Positions 26,851 to 37,148 of a DNA stretch of 64,000 nucleotides are shown in pieces. Where the stretch lies: assembly GCA_050952625.1 (NCBI GenBank), contig JBMNLH010000001.1, forward strand, positions 1,024,001 to 1,088,000, read 5' to 3'. Source of the stretch: Bacillota bacterium (GTDB taxonomy: Bacteria > Bacillota > Ch66 > Ch109). Position 1 is the first letter of the stretch, and every line of letters starts with the position of its first letter. The notes under the pieces were generated by a model. It did not search any database. It was not told the origin of the DNA and saw only the letters and a program-made list of their open reading frames with translations. Made by a program: the position numbers and the translations under genes.

Positions 26851-29535
26851 ATGGAGATAATTGTATCCCATAATCATTTAGATTTTGATGGCTTGGCTTC
26901 AATGGTGGCTGCCCAACGATTATATCCCCGGGCAGAGATGGTTTTTGTTGGTGGATTGTCCGGCAATGTGCAGCGTTTCATGTCTTTACACAAAGACTCC
27001 CTAATGATTAAACGGGTTAAAGAAATTCCGCTCGACCGAGTGCGCCGGGTTGTGGTTGTCGATACCAATAGCCCTCGACGTCTAGGTGATTTAGGCAGTT
27101 GGCTTAGAAAGAGTTCAGCGGAGATTCATCTGTATGATCACCATCCGGAGCCGGTAGAACCCTTGAAAGCGACAGTAAAGGTGACCGACACTATTGGAGC
27201 CGCTACAACCCTGCTGGTAGAAAAGATTCGAAAAAGTGGCTTAAGACTGAGCCGCTTTGAAGCAACTTTATTAGCTTTAGGAATCTATGAAGATACCGGC
27301 AGCCTTACCTTTACAACAACCACGGTCCGGGATGTGCGGGCGGTGGCTTACTTGTTGGAGCAGGGGGCCAATCTAGGGATTGTCGCTAATTTTATTGAAT
27401 TATCTTTTACCGATGAGCAGAAGTTTCTTTTCAATCGTCTTCTGTCCTCGGTCCAACATAAAACCATCAACGGAATTGATGTGGTCCTCGCCTCAGCCAG
27501 AAGCGATAAACAAATTGGTAATCTAGATTTTTTAACTCATAAACTTGGAGACATTGAAACTTTTGACGCTTTTTTTACGGTTGTAGAAATGAGCAACCGC
27601 GTATATATAGTGGCCCGTAGTCGAACAGATTCATTGGACGTGGGCGAGGTGTGCGCCATTTTTGGCGGTGGTGGCCATCCCAAGGCTTCCTCTGCGACCA
27701 TAAAGGGTCGTAGCCTTGAATCGGTTCTGGAAGAATTGGAGCGGGTATTGGCGGAAAAAACCCATCCGCCAATTGTGGCGCGTGATATTATGTCCAGCCC
27801 AGTTAAAACAATTCCGATGCATCTTTCTTTAGAAGAAGCCGGTAAAATTATGTTGCGCTATGGCCATACCGGCTTGCCGGTCCTGGAGGACGGTCGGGTG
27901 GTCGGGGTAATCTCCCGTCGTGATGTGGATAAGGGAAGGATACATGGCCTCGGACATTCACCGGTAAAGGGTTACATGAGCCGGAACGTTGTTTCTGTTT
28001 CGCCGGAAACGCCAGTTTCAGAACTTCAATACTTATTGGTCAAGCACGACATTGGGCGACTGCCAGTGATGGAAAATGGTCAACTCATTGGAATTGTCTC
28101 TCGGACGGATATATTAAGAACATTTCATGGTCAGGATTACCCAGAAGACCATATCCTTCTTTATAATAATCAGGCAGCGACGAGTGAATCACTGAGTTGG
28201 TTGGGGAAGAATTGGCGAGATCAAATGCTCAAGGAACTTCCGGTCCAGATTTTTAATATATTAAAGGTAGCCGGCAGTCTGGCGGATGAGCTGGGCATGG
28301 CGGTTTATGTGGTGGGCGGTTTTGTTCGTGACTTATTGTTAGGACAACCAAATTTAGATATGGATCTAGTAGTCGAGGGCCATGGCCCGGATTTTGCCCG
28401 AGCACTGGCTAGTAATCTAGGGGGGAAAGTGCGGGTTCATGAACGTTTCGGGACCGCCATGGTTATTGGACCAGACGGCTCTAGGATTGACGTAGCCACT
28501 GCGCGCATGGAATACTATGAATATCCGGCTGCTTTACCGACCGTAGAACGATCGAATTTGAGACATGATTTATATCGACGCGACTTTACCATTAATGCGA
28601 TGGCTATCCAATTAAACTCGGATCATTTTGGCGATTTAATTGACTTTTTTGGCGGACGAATGGACCTGGAAAGGCGGTTGGTCCGAGTCCTCTATAATTT
28701 AAGCTTTGTTGAGGATCCAACGCGGATTATTCGCGCCATCAGATTTGAACAAAGATTAGGCTTCCAAATCGAAACTCAGACTCTTCAGCTTATCGAAGAC
28801 TCCATTTATCGTGGGTTTCTTAAAGGTCTTTCGGGAGCTAGAATAAGAGAAGAAGTTTCTATTCTATTGAGCGAGGCAGACCCAATTCCCGGTTTGCGTC
28901 GTCTCGTCGACCTAGGGGTAGCCGCTCAGGTATTGCCGGAAGTAAAATTTGATCATCGAATATGGCGGATGCTCGGACGTATTCCTCGAATCCAGGATAA
29001 AGTTCGTTTACTTTTGAGCGAAGAGATAGAAACAAAGGAACCAGCTTCAAACAGGATCTTAAATAAAGAAGCTATCTATTGGATGGTTTTATTTCATCAG
29101 ATCGGCGTAGATAAATTAAATGAGGTAAGCAGTAAGTATCGTCTAAACCGAGCCGTAACTAACTTGATGTTGCTGGCTTATCAAGCCCAAGATCAATTGA
29201 CAAAATTAGGGGGGCGGCCGGGTAAGGTCAAAATGAGTACTATTGATCCTATTTTGCAGGTTTGCCCAGCCGAAGTTTTTATCTTTTTATCAGTTCTTAC
29301 TTCCTCAAGAGCCTGGCAGAATCAGTTGCTGTCTTACCTTAAGCTCAAGAGTCAAGCCCGACCCGAATTAACGGGTAATGATTTAATCAATCTAGGTTTA
29401 AAGCCGGGCCCTCAGTTTAAATCAATCCTTGATCAGATCCGGACAGCCCGGTTGGATGGCTTAATTGAAACCAAGGCGGAAGAACTGAATCTAGTAAAAG
29501 CTATTGTAGCCGGCCAAGAGGAGGCAGTAAAATGA
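26851..29535 (+). CDS. DHH-DHHA1-CBS-tRNA nucleotidyltransferase (CCA/A-adding enzyme)
   Basis: H.HLDFDG, DHH and GGGH motifs, a CBS pair, then VGGFVRD, D.D, RRDFTINA and EDPTRIIRA. Confidence 0.9.
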   Translation: MEIIVSHNHLDFDGLASMVAAQRLYPRAEMVFVGGLSGNVQRFMSLHKDSLMIKRVKEIPLDRVRRVVVVDTNSPRRLGDLGSWLRKSSAEIHLYDHHPEPVEPLKATVKVTDTIGAATTLLVEKIRKSGLRLSRFEATLLALGIYEDTGSLTFTTTTVRDVRAVAYLLEQGANLGIVANFIELSFTDEQKFLFNRLLSSVQHKTINGIDVVLASARSDKQIGNLDFLTHKLGDIETFDAFFTVVEMSNRVYIVARSRTDSLDVGEVCAIFGGGGHPKASSATIKGRSLESVLEELERVLAEKTHPPIVARDIMSSPVKTIPMHLSLEEAGKIMLRYGHTGLPVLEDGRVVGVISRRDVDKGRIHGLGHSPVKGYMSRNVVSVSPETPVSELQYLLVKHDIGRLPVMENGQLIGIVSRTDILRTFHGQDYPEDHILLYNNQAATSESLSWLGKNWRDQMLKELPVQIFNILKVAGSLADELGMAVYVVGGFVRDLLLGQPNLDMDLVVEGHGPDFARALASNLGGKVRVHERFGTAMVIGPDGSRIDVATARMEYYEYPAALPTVERSNLRHDLYRRDFTINAMAIQLNSDHFGDLIDFFGGRMDLERRLVRVLYNLSFVEDPTRIIRAIRFEQRLGFQIETQTLQLIEDSIYRGFLKGLSGARIREEVSILLSEADPIPGLRRLVDLGVAAQVLPEVKFDHRIWRMLGRIPRIQDKVRLLLSEEIETKEPASNRILNKEAIYWMVLFHQIGVDKLNEVSSKYRLNRAVTNLMLLAYQAQDQLTKLGGRPGKVKMSTIDPILQVCPAEVFIFLSVLTSSRAWQNQLLSYLKLKSQARPELTGNDLINLGLKPGPQFKSILDQIRTARLDGLIETKAEELNLVKAIVAGQEEAVK

Positions 29536-30191
29536 ATTTTGACCCAACTCACTGGCTTTTAGTGTTACCCGGAATCATCTTGGGATTAACTGTTCACGAA
29601 TATGCCCATGCGCGGGTTGCTGATTATCTGGGAGATTCCACTTCGGCCTATGCTGGAAGGTTGACCCTTAATCCTTTGGCCCATCTTGACCTGATGGGCT
29701 TCCTGATGCTCATGTTAGCCGGGTTTGGCTGGGCGAAACCAGTACCGATAAACCCTTTGAGGTTTCAGGGTAATATGCGAACCGGTATAGCCTTGGTTTC
29801 AATAGCTGGTCCCTTGGCTAATCTGTTAATGGCCTTTACCGGAGCACTTATTTTTTATTTGAGTTTCCCCGGGGGAACCTTTATCGGTCAGACTGGCGGG
29901 AACATAGGGGTTCAGATGTTACTAGGTTTGATCCAGATTAATGTGGTCCTAGCTGTCTTTAACCTAATTCCAGTGCCTCCTCTGGATGGATCTAAAATAC
30001 TAGCCAGCATCCTGCCGCCTCAGAGTGGTAACGCTTTTCTGCAGCTCGAAAGATACGGTCCCCTGATTTTAATTGCTTTGATTTTTTTGGGTGTCATTGG
30101 TAAACTTCTTTTGCCTCTGGTAACCTTAGTGCTGGGGGTAGTGTTTAACAGTGCTGGTTTGATCGCTGGAGCAGTTCTTAAACTTTTTTAG
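29532..30191 (+). CDS. Site-2 protease (M50 family)
   Basis: HEYAH, AGP and NLIPVPPLDG motifs. Confidence 0.92.
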   Translation: MNFDPTHWLLVLPGIILGLTVHEYAHARVADYLGDSTSAYAGRLTLNPLAHLDLMGFLMLMLAGFGWAKPVPINPLRFQGNMRTGIALVSIAGPLANLLMAFTGALIFYLSFPGGTFIGQTGGNIGVQMLLGLIQINVVLAVFNLIPVPPLDGSKILASILPPQSGNAFLQLERYGPLILIALIFLGVIGKLLLPLVTLVLGVVFNSAGLIAGAVLKLF

Positions 30192-30214
30192 TTAGTAATA
30201 GTTTTAGTATCGTT

Positions 30215-30285
30215 TCATTCGAGTGAAGCGAAGAATCCTTCTCACGCTGAGCATTAAGATCTCTTCACTAACGCTCAGAATGACG
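30215..30285 (-). repeat. Repeat family B copy (YGTC-tagged REP-like palindrome)
   Basis: Reverse complement CGTCATTCTGAGCGTTAGTGAAGAGATCT...GATTCTTCGCTTCACTCGAATGA matches the copy at 34441. Confidence 0.75.
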
Positions 30286-30317
30286 TATAATATTTTTTTA
30301 GAAAGGTAGATGAACCA

Positions 30318-31316
30318 ATGCAACAAGCTGATACCCGGAAAAGATCTTTAAGCGGTATGCGTCCTACCGGCAAACTGCATATTGGCCATTTAAGTGTTCT
30401 GGAAAACTGGGTGCGAATGCAGGAACAGTACGAATGTTTTTTCTTTGTCGCCAATTGGCATGCATTAACCACCGCTTTTGAAGAGACCGAATCTATTCGA
30501 GACAGTATTCGGGAAATGGCTTTGGATTGGTTCAGTGTTGGGATAAATCCAGAGAAAAGTACTGTTTTTATTCAATCGGAAGTAAAAGAGCACGCCGAAC
30601 TTTACCTCTTATTGTCTATGGTTACACCACTGGGCTGGTTGGAACGTTGTCCGACTTATAAGGATCAAATAATTCAGTTGGGTAGTCAGGGCAAGGATAT
30701 TTCAACTCATGGATTTCTTGGTTACCCGGTGTTGATGGCTGCTGACATCCTTTTGTATCGGGCAGATTTGGTACCGGTAGGCGAGGATCAACTGCCGCAT
30801 CTGGAATTAAGTCGGGAAATTGCTCGCCGGTTTAACTACTTGTATGAGAAAAAGGTTTTTACTGAACCCCAGGCTTATCTAGCAGAGGTACCTTTGCTGC
30901 CCGGTGTAGATGGCCGGAAAATGAGCAAAAGTTATAATAACTATATTTCGATCTCAGCTAGCTCAGAAGAAATACAGAATAAGGTTAAACTGATGGTTAC
31001 GGACCCGGCTCGAATTCATAAAACCGACCCGGGACATCCCGAGGTCTGTATCGTCAATACTTATCAAAAACTATATAATGCTCAAGAACACGGGCAAATA
31101 GCTGAAGACTGCCGTCGTGGTCAAATTGGATGTGTAGCGTGTAAAAAACGCCTGGCGTCAAGACTAGATGCTTACCTTTCCCCGTTTCGAGAGAAACGCC
31201 GCAGCCTAGAAAGTCAACCGGGACAAGTCGAAGATATCTTGGCGGAAGGAGCCCGAAAGGCGAGGCTTGAGGCAGAAAAAATGATGGGTGAGGTTCGGGA
31301 GGCAATGCGAGTGTAG
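30318..31316 (+). CDS. trpS: Tryptophan--tRNA ligase
   Basis: SGMRPTGKLHIGH, VPVGEDQ and KMSKS motifs. Confidence 0.96.
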   Translation: MQQADTRKRSLSGMRPTGKLHIGHLSVLENWVRMQEQYECFFFVANWHALTTAFEETESIRDSIREMALDWFSVGINPEKSTVFIQSEVKEHAELYLLLSMVTPLGWLERCPTYKDQIIQLGSQGKDISTHGFLGYPVLMAADILLYRADLVPVGEDQLPHLELSREIARRFNYLYEKKVFTEPQAYLAEVPLLPGVDGRKMSKSYNNYISISASSEEIQNKVKLMVTDPARIHKTDPGHPEVCIVNTYQKLYNAQEHGQIAEDCRRGQIGCVACKKRLASRLDAYLSPFREKRRSLESQPGQVEDILAEGARKARLEAEKMMGEVREAMRV

Positions 31317-32071
31317 TGAACTATTTGCTCAAACTGGATGGTTTTGAGGGGTCCCTGGAGTTGCTGTTACAGTCTATTCGAAAAGCAGAAGTGGATATTA
31401 GCCAGCTAAATGTGTCTGAGATCATATTTCATTATCTGGAATCTATTGCCAATTACTCTGAGCTTGATTTAGACCAGACCAGTCATTTTTTGCTATTAGC
31501 CGCAACTGTTTTACAGATTAAGACGCAGATGGTGTTGCCGCGAACTATCCCTAAAAGTGAGCAAACAGGTAAAGAAACAGATGCGGTAGAAGATTTAGTA
31601 ACCCGGCCTGATTCGGAGGGCCGCTTAAATGAGTATCGACGATTTAGGGAACTGGCTGAAACTCTGGGAGAAAGAGAGGCTGCTTGGGGTAAGGTGTATA
31701 CCCGGACGGCAATGAATGAAGCCCTCATAGAGGGCTTTTCTGCGTCCCTGCCTCCTAGCTCTATTTCTTTGTCTGCTCTATGGGAAGCCCTTAATAAGTT
31801 ATTGGCTGCTCGGGAAGCAACCGAACCGGTTATGGAATTACCAGAGGATCAGGTGACAGTAATAGATCAAATGCAATACATCCTGCAGCGGGCGGGTGAA
31901 TCAGAAAAACCCCTGACCTTTATTGAGTTATTCTCTGAGATGAGAAGATTAGAAGAGATTATCATCGCTTTCTTGGCTTTGCTGGAACTTATCCGCTGTC
32001 GACAGATTCGAGTTACGCAACACCGAGCCTTAGATCCTATTCTAATTGAACTCTGGTCTGAGAACAGTTGA
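31316..32071 (+). CDS. scpA: Segregation and condensation protein A
   Basis: FEGSLELLL at the N-terminus, FLALLEL at the C-terminus; precedes scpB. Confidence 0.9.
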   Translation: MNYLLKLDGFEGSLELLLQSIRKAEVDISQLNVSEIIFHYLESIANYSELDLDQTSHFLLLAATVLQIKTQMVLPRTIPKSEQTGKETDAVEDLVTRPDSEGRLNEYRRFRELAETLGEREAAWGKVYTRTAMNEALIEGFSASLPPSSISLSALWEALNKLLAAREATEPVMELPEDQVTVIDQMQYILQRAGESEKPLTFIELFSEMRRLEEIIIAFLALLELIRCRQIRVTQHRALDPILIELWSENS

Positions 32072-32196
32072 GGCTTGTATTTATTTCGGACACAAACTAG
32101 GTCGGGAACGGATGTCAACTGCGATCATAATTTTCATTCTCGGTGGAATATAAGGTCTGATCTGAAATTTAGCAGAGTAATAAGGGAGAGGTTCTA

Positions 32197-32748
32197 TTGG
32201 TTCTGGCTTTTTTCCGGGAAGAAGGACAGGCAGCTTTAGAAGCTATACTATTTGTGGCTTCTGAACCGCTTTCCCTAGAAACGTTAAGCAACTTAATCGG
32301 TTTAAACGAGGAAGATACTCAGGAGTTATTGGACGAGCTACAGACAGTTTATAACGGTGAAAGGCGTGGGTTGCAAATTGTCAAAGTAGCTCAGGGTTAT
32401 CAGATGTGTACCCGGCCGGAGTATCATCAGTACGTTGAAAGACTCCTTCGACCCTCATATGGCCGGCTCTCCAAGGCTGCCTTAGAGTGTTTGGCAATTA
32501 TTGCTTATCAGCAACCAGTTACTCGAGCAGAGATTGAGCAGATTCGGGGGGTTAAGGCGGACCGCGTTGTTTCAACCCTGCTCGAACGTCAACTTATTCA
32601 AGAAGTTGGCCGAAAGGAGACAATCGGTCGGCCAATTTTGTATGGGACGACCAACGAATTCCTCCGCGTATTTGGCCTTAACAGCCTGTCTGAACTGCCG
32701 CACTTAAATGATTTCCCCACATTCAAATCAGAATCCTTTGCTGATTAA
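32197..32748 (+). CDS. scpB: Segregation and condensation protein B
   Basis: LEAILF, IAYQQPVTRAEIEQIRGV and GRPILYGTT motifs. Confidence 0.95.
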   Translation: MVLAFFREEGQAALEAILFVASEPLSLETLSNLIGLNEEDTQELLDELQTVYNGERRGLQIVKVAQGYQMCTRPEYHQYVERLLRPSYGRLSKAALECLAIIAYQQPVTRAEIEQIRGVKADRVVSTLLERQLIQEVGRKETIGRPILYGTTNEFLRVFGLNSLSELPHLNDFPTFKSESFAD

Positions 32749-32971
32749 GCTTTTTGCTCATTTCTGCTATAAATCCGCTCTAATTCTAAGCGTTTACAAT
32801 CATAACCAAAAATAAATACAACCTAAAAGAGGCTCAAGGACCATGTCCAATTGGGAATACTTAGAGTTAATAATGGGGATTACTAGATTATAACCAAGTT
32901 GGTAAAACTGTAAGTTTTAACTTACTTACTAGTGCCAAGTTAAAAACGCCTTCAGCTAAATGTGTTCGATA

Positions 32972-33011
32972 TAAACCTCCATGCCGCTAAGGAGCACGAT
33001 CAGAATATGAA
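32972..33011 (+). repeat. Repeat family C copy
   Basis: TAAACCTCCATGCCGCTAAGGAGCACGATCAGAATATGAA. Confidence 0.5.
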
Positions 33012-33072
33012 CAATCAAGACCGAGTAAAACACAAGCGTTAATTATGTTCAAACAGTAATAGAAAGACGAAA

Positions 33073-33768
33073 TTGATTGATGGCACTGGTAAAAGGTGGT
33101 ACACGGGCATGGGCACCAGTTTTATATATCTATCCCTGGGCTTCTTGACCTTGGCCGGAATAGTGTGGCTTTTTCCGCTTGAGTGTCAGGTTACCTATTG
33201 GAAGGACTGGAATCGGACTGAGGTAACGGTGACGATGGGATTAGTCAAACGGTCGAAACGGCTAGGGTCTAAATCCTTTACCTGGCACTGGATTTCAGAA
33301 AAAGAGGAAGTTTCTGCGAAAGTAGATCAAGCGATGACGCCGAAGGATGGGTCAAAATATGGATCACCGATTGATTTACCGGAAATTCGGTTGATTATGC
33401 AGCAAGTTAGTGAATATACCAAACGGGGAACCGAACTCGTTGGCCGGACTAAAATAAAACAGTTTTGTTGGGTAACGGAATTGGGATTGGTTAATCCGAT
33501 GGAAACTGCTTTAGCGACCGGGGTGCTCTGGGGAGTAAAAGGCTGGTTAATAAGTAGTATTAAACGTCGTTTTAAGCAAAACTTTAAATCATATCGGGTT
33601 AAAGTAATCCCAAACTTTCAACGGCAAGGTTTGCGGATTGAACTATTTTGGCAATTTGAAAGTCAGCTAGGGTATATACTCCTAGTTGCGTTCAAAATGC
33701 TTCAGTTTTATTTGATCAAAAGGTACCGGAAGGTTAGAGTAGGGGTTCGCTTATTTAGACATCGTTAA
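33073..33768 (+). CDS. DUF2953/YtfI-like membrane protein (start uncertain)
   Basis: N-terminal TM helix; G...P.ETALATGVLWG motif; precedes gerW/ytfJ. Confidence 0.72.
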   Translation: MIDGTGKRWYTGMGTSFIYLSLGFLTLAGIVWLFPLECQVTYWKDWNRTEVTVTMGLVKRSKRLGSKSFTWHWISEKEEVSAKVDQAMTPKDGSKYGSPIDLPEIRLIMQQVSEYTKRGTELVGRTKIKQFCWVTELGLVNPMETALATGVLWGVKGWLISSIKRRFKQNFKSYRVKVIPNFQRQGLRIELFWQFESQLGYILLVAFKMLQFYLIKRYRKVRVGVRLFRHR

Positions 33769-33823
33769 AGCTTAACCATTGATAAAAATACAGTAAAAAA
33801 TATTTAAGGTATGGAATTGTTTT

Positions 33824-33853
33824 GCATATTTGAGGGTCGATTGGGTCATATTA
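33824..33853 (+). promoter_or_regulatory. sigma-F promoter of gerW
   Basis: GCATA-N15-GGTCATATTA, a full consensus match. Confidence 0.75.
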
Positions 33854-33953
33854 TGATTGCCAGGATGGAGTTTAACCCGGTTTTTAAATGCTTAGGTAAA
33901 AAATCAGCTTGCATAGGCTGACAGCCAGGTTTAATGCAGAGGGGGAAGCTTAA

Positions 33954-34367
33954 GTGACAAATCATCCTATTGAAACATTGATGAAAACAGCCATGGAAAG
34001 TATAAAAGAAATGGTCGATGTAAATACAGTTGTGGGGGATCCGGTTGAAACTCCCGAGGGGACCGTGATTATTCCGGTTTCTCGGGTATCCTGTGGATTT
34101 GCGGCTGGTGGGGGAGAGTACGATACCAGTGGCGATTTACCGGAAGGCCATCTGCCATTCGGCGGAGGAAGTGGGGCCGGGGTGTCTGTCCAACCGGTTG
34201 GCTTTCTGGTTGTTGGGCAAAACCAGGTTCGTTTAATGCCGGTGGATGCTAATAATGCGGTTGATCGCTTAATAGACATGGCCCCCCAAGTTTTAAGCAA
34301 CCTTAGGGAAATGTTGACTCAGCGCCGGACCTCAGAAGTTACGAGAGTGACCGAGGTGGAGGCCTGA
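33954..34367 (+). CDS. gerW: Spore protein GerW/YtfJ
   Basis: MVDVNTVVGDP, IIPVSRVSCGFAAGG and FGGGSGAGV.V.PV motifs. Confidence 0.93.
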   Translation: MTNHPIETLMKTAMESIKEMVDVNTVVGDPVETPEGTVIIPVSRVSCGFAAGGGEYDTSGDLPEGHLPFGGGSGAGVSVQPVGFLVVGQNQVRLMPVDANNAVDRLIDMAPQVLSNLREMLTQRRTSEVTRVTEVEA

Positions 34368-34390
34368 GCCATGCTTGTTTGAAATCTGCT

Positions 34391-34513
34391 GAACCACTCA
34401 TGCTCTAAGGACACAACTACCGATGAAAAAAGCGGACATATGTCATCCTGAGCGTTAGTGAAGGATCTTGCTTCTCAGTGTAGAAGAATTATCCACTCTG
34501 CTCAGAATTGACA
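34391..34513 (+). repeat. Composite repeat: family C (34391-34430), AGCGGACATA linker, family B (34441-34513)
   Basis: Collinear with 38804-38927, including the linker. Confidence 0.8.
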
Positions 34514-34553
34514 TCTTATTATTATATTAAATTTATAACAACTAAGAGTTATT

Positions 34554-34588
34554 AAGCTCACCAGCTTTAACAGCGAGGTGAGCTTTTA
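34554..34588 (+). terminator. Terminator downstream of gerW
   Basis: AAGCTCACC...GGTGAGCTT followed by TTA. Confidence 0.65.
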
Positions 34589-34663
34589 TATTTCCATGGT
34601 GGTTCTAACCTATATAGGATATTCATACCATTTCAGTGAGGGAAGAGTTGGAGGTGATCTTTT

Positions 34664-35257
34664 TTGCTTAATGTGGTCTGGCTAGGAATGCTTCTGATTG
34701 GTATTGCAGTCGCCGCAGTTAATGGGCGGGTCGAGGTTGTTTCCCAGGCTGCTTTAAATTCGTCACAGGTGGCGGTAACGATTTGTTTAGAATTAGTCGG
34801 GATAATGACGATGTGGCTTGGTTTGTTAAAGATAGCTGAAAAATCAGGCTTAGTAGAACTTTTAGCCCGGGCAGTCAAGCCGATTACCAATTTGCTTTTT
34901 CCTAGTATACCGTCGGGTCATCCGGCTTTAGGGGCGATTATTATGAATATCAGTGCGAATATTCTGGGATTAGGCAATGCCGCCACTCCTTTTGGTCTCA
35001 AGGCAATGGAGGAAATGCAGGCCTTAAACCGGCGTTCGGAAACAGCCTCCGATGCGATGTGTACTTTTTTAGCCATTAACACCTCCTGTATCACCTTAAT
35101 CCCAGCGACAATTATTGGGGTCCGCGTAGGAGCTAACTCAACTAACCCAACGGAGATTGTGGGGCCAACTATTTTTGCCACTGCCTGTGCGATGGTGGTG
35201 GCCATTACGGCTGACGCAATCTTGCGTCATTTTTACCATCGCCGTCGCCGCTACTAA
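34664..35257 (+). CDS. spmA: Spore maturation protein A
   Basis: NILGLGNAATPFGLKAM and FLAINT motifs; sigE-like TTCTAA...CATACCAT upstream. Confidence 0.94.
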   Translation: MLNVVWLGMLLIGIAVAAVNGRVEVVSQAALNSSQVAVTICLELVGIMTMWLGLLKIAEKSGLVELLARAVKPITNLLFPSIPSGHPALGAIIMNISANILGLGNAATPFGLKAMEEMQALNRRSETASDAMCTFLAINTSCITLIPATIIGVRVGANSTNPTEIVGPTIFATACAMVVAITADAILRHFYHRRRRY

Positions 35258-35290
35258 AGCCCAACTGAAACCGGAGGAGGGGGTAAGTAG

Positions 35291-35827
35291 GTGCTAGTAG
35301 AAGGGTTAGCTGTTGTTTCCAAGTGGGCTATTCCTACCTTGCTGTTTTTTGTGCCGGCCTATGGGATGCTTCGCCGGTTGCCGGTCTATCAGACTTTTAT
35401 TGAAGGAGCAGTTGAGGGATTTCACACGGCGGTTCGCATTATTCCTTACTTGGTGGGGATGATGATTTCGATTGGAGTTTTTCGAGCCTCCGGGGCCATG
35501 GAGGTACTAGCCGGGTTATTGGGACCTATTCTGGATTTATTACAGTTGCCACCGGATATCCTTCCTTTAGCTATTATGCGCCCGCTCTCAGGTAGTGCGG
35601 CCTTGGGGTTAGCCGCAGAAATAATTAATACCTACGGGCCGGATTCTTTTATTGGCCGGTTAGCTTCAACGATGCAAGGGACCACTGATACTACCTTTTT
35701 CGTTTTAACCATTTACTTTGGATCAGTGGGAATTAAATATTATCGCCATGCCGTTGTAGCCGGGTTATTGGCCGATCTGACCACTTTAATTGCCTCAATT
35801 ATTATTTGTAAGCAAATGTTTGGTTAG
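35291..35827 (+). CDS. spmB: Spore maturation protein B
   Basis: FIEGA.EG, FRASG, RPLSGS, YGPDSFIG and GTTDTTF..L..YFG motifs. Confidence 0.94.
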   Translation: MLVEGLAVVSKWAIPTLLFFVPAYGMLRRLPVYQTFIEGAVEGFHTAVRIIPYLVGMMISIGVFRASGAMEVLAGLLGPILDLLQLPPDILPLAIMRPLSGSAALGLAAEIINTYGPDSFIGRLASTMQGTTDTTFFVLTIYFGSVGIKYYRHAVVAGLLADLTTLIASIIICKQMFG

Positions 35828-35960
35828 GAGTGACCAAACGTTTTCCATTTTCTTAAGGCCTTGGGGATATACTATAGAGCAAGCCTGTGGAATAATAATG
35901 GTAGTAGTGGAAGTAATCCGAAGAGCCAGATTATGAAAGGAGGCAGTTTGGGCTAGATAT

Positions 35961-36767
35961 ATGGAACGTTTGCAGAAAGTATTAGCTAAGGCCGGGGTTG
36001 CGTCTCGGCGACGGAGTGAGGATATAATTGCTGATGGCCGAGTTCGGGTTAATGGTATGGTCGTTACCGAAATGGGGACAAAGGTTGATTGGGAGCACGA
36101 TGTTATTGAGGTAGACGGGCAACAATTAAAACGGATCGAGGAACCAGTCTATATAATGCTAAATAAACCGGTTGGTTATGTAACCACCCTGCGAGACCCT
36201 CAGGGGCGAAAGAAAGTAGTAGATTTAGTTAAGAATCTACCACAGCGAATCTACCCGGTTGGTCGATTGGATTATGATACAGAGGGTCTGCTCCTGATGA
36301 CAAACGATGGGGAATTAGCTCAAGCCTTAACTCATCCAAGGTTTGGGGTGGAAAAAACTTACATGGTCAAGGTGTTTGGAATTCCGCAGCCCCATAAACT
36401 TAAGCTTCTGCGAGACGGAATAATGCTAGAGGACGGTCAGACCGCACCGGCTCAGGTACGCCTTATTAGCCGGATGGATGGGAATGCCTTGCTGGAAATA
36501 AAGATCCATGAAGGGCGAAAACGTCAAGTGCGGCGAATGTGTCAAGCTATTGGACATCCAGTTATGAGGCTTCAACGGACCCATGTCGGTTTTCTGAGTT
36601 TGGATTCTTTAAAAACAGGTGAATATCGCTATTTAACTCTCGAAGAAATTACTCAATTAAGAAAGTTAGTCTCTAAGCACCGATACTCACCTAAAACCCA
36701 ACGCAACAACCCTAAAAAACAGGGTGGAAAAGCCAGAAGTAATAGTTTGGTCCGTCGACAGGCCTGA
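35961..36767 (+). CDS. rluB: 23S rRNA pseudouridine synthase RluB
   Basis: MERLQKVLA S4 domain; NKP.GY, VGRLDYDTEGLLL and EGRKRQVRRM motifs. Confidence 0.9.
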   Translation: MERLQKVLAKAGVASRRRSEDIIADGRVRVNGMVVTEMGTKVDWEHDVIEVDGQQLKRIEEPVYIMLNKPVGYVTTLRDPQGRKKVVDLVKNLPQRIYPVGRLDYDTEGLLLMTNDGELAQALTHPRFGVEKTYMVKVFGIPQPHKLKLLRDGIMLEDGQTAPAQVRLISRMDGNALLEIKIHEGRKRQVRRMCQAIGHPVMRLQRTHVGFLSLDSLKTGEYRYLTLEEITQLRKLVSKHRYSPKTQRNNPKKQGGKARSNSLVRRQA

Positions 36768-36792
36768 CCTAAAGACCAACAAAACCGCAAAC

Positions 36793-36906
36793 TTTATCTG
36801 AATCAAAAGACCCCACTTCTATAAGTGAGGGTTACCTTGTTTAAACTTCAGGTGGAGTAGAGTTCCATCTGAAGCCTCGATGTTCAGCGGAGCGGAACGA
36901 GTTCAC
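36793..36906 (+). mobile_element. Repeat family A copy 2, the most intact (IS200/IS605-end-like non-autonomous element)
   Basis: Hairpins CCCCACTT-CTAT-AAGTGAGGG, CTTCAGGTGGA...TCCATCTGAAG and GTTCAGC..GCGGAAC; ends in GTTCAC. Confidence 0.65.
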
Positions 36907-36915
36907 TGGCAAAAC

Positions 36916-36947
36916 AGCCGGAAGTCACTTGTTTAGACTTCCGGTTT
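36916..36947 (+). terminator. Terminator-like hairpin after rluB and the repeat
   Basis: AGCCGGAAGTC...GACTTCCGGTT. Confidence 0.6.
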
Positions 36948-37021
36948 GATTTATTTAAGATCAAACTCCCCACTAACATTTAGGAGCAGTTTAGAAAAAA
37001 CACCATATTTATGGGTAATTA

Positions 37022-37057
37022 GCAGGAAAATCCGCTTTATTGGCGAAGTATTCGACA
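37022..37057 (+). promoter_or_regulatory. sigma-H-like promoter with a perfect Spo0A box at the start site
   Basis: GCAGGAAAA...GGCGAAG followed by TTCGACA (reverse complement TGTCGAA) at 37051-37057. Confidence 0.55.
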
Positions 37058-37148
37058 CTAGAAATATAACTTGCTCAATATCTATAAATATAGAAGATAT
37101 AGCATTTTTATCCATGTTTCACAAGACTAGATAAGGGAGGGCTTTATA

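Noticed and set aside
30192-30317. T-box leader for trpS
   Set aside because: Spacer is too short, is occupied by a family B repeat and has no T-box consensus
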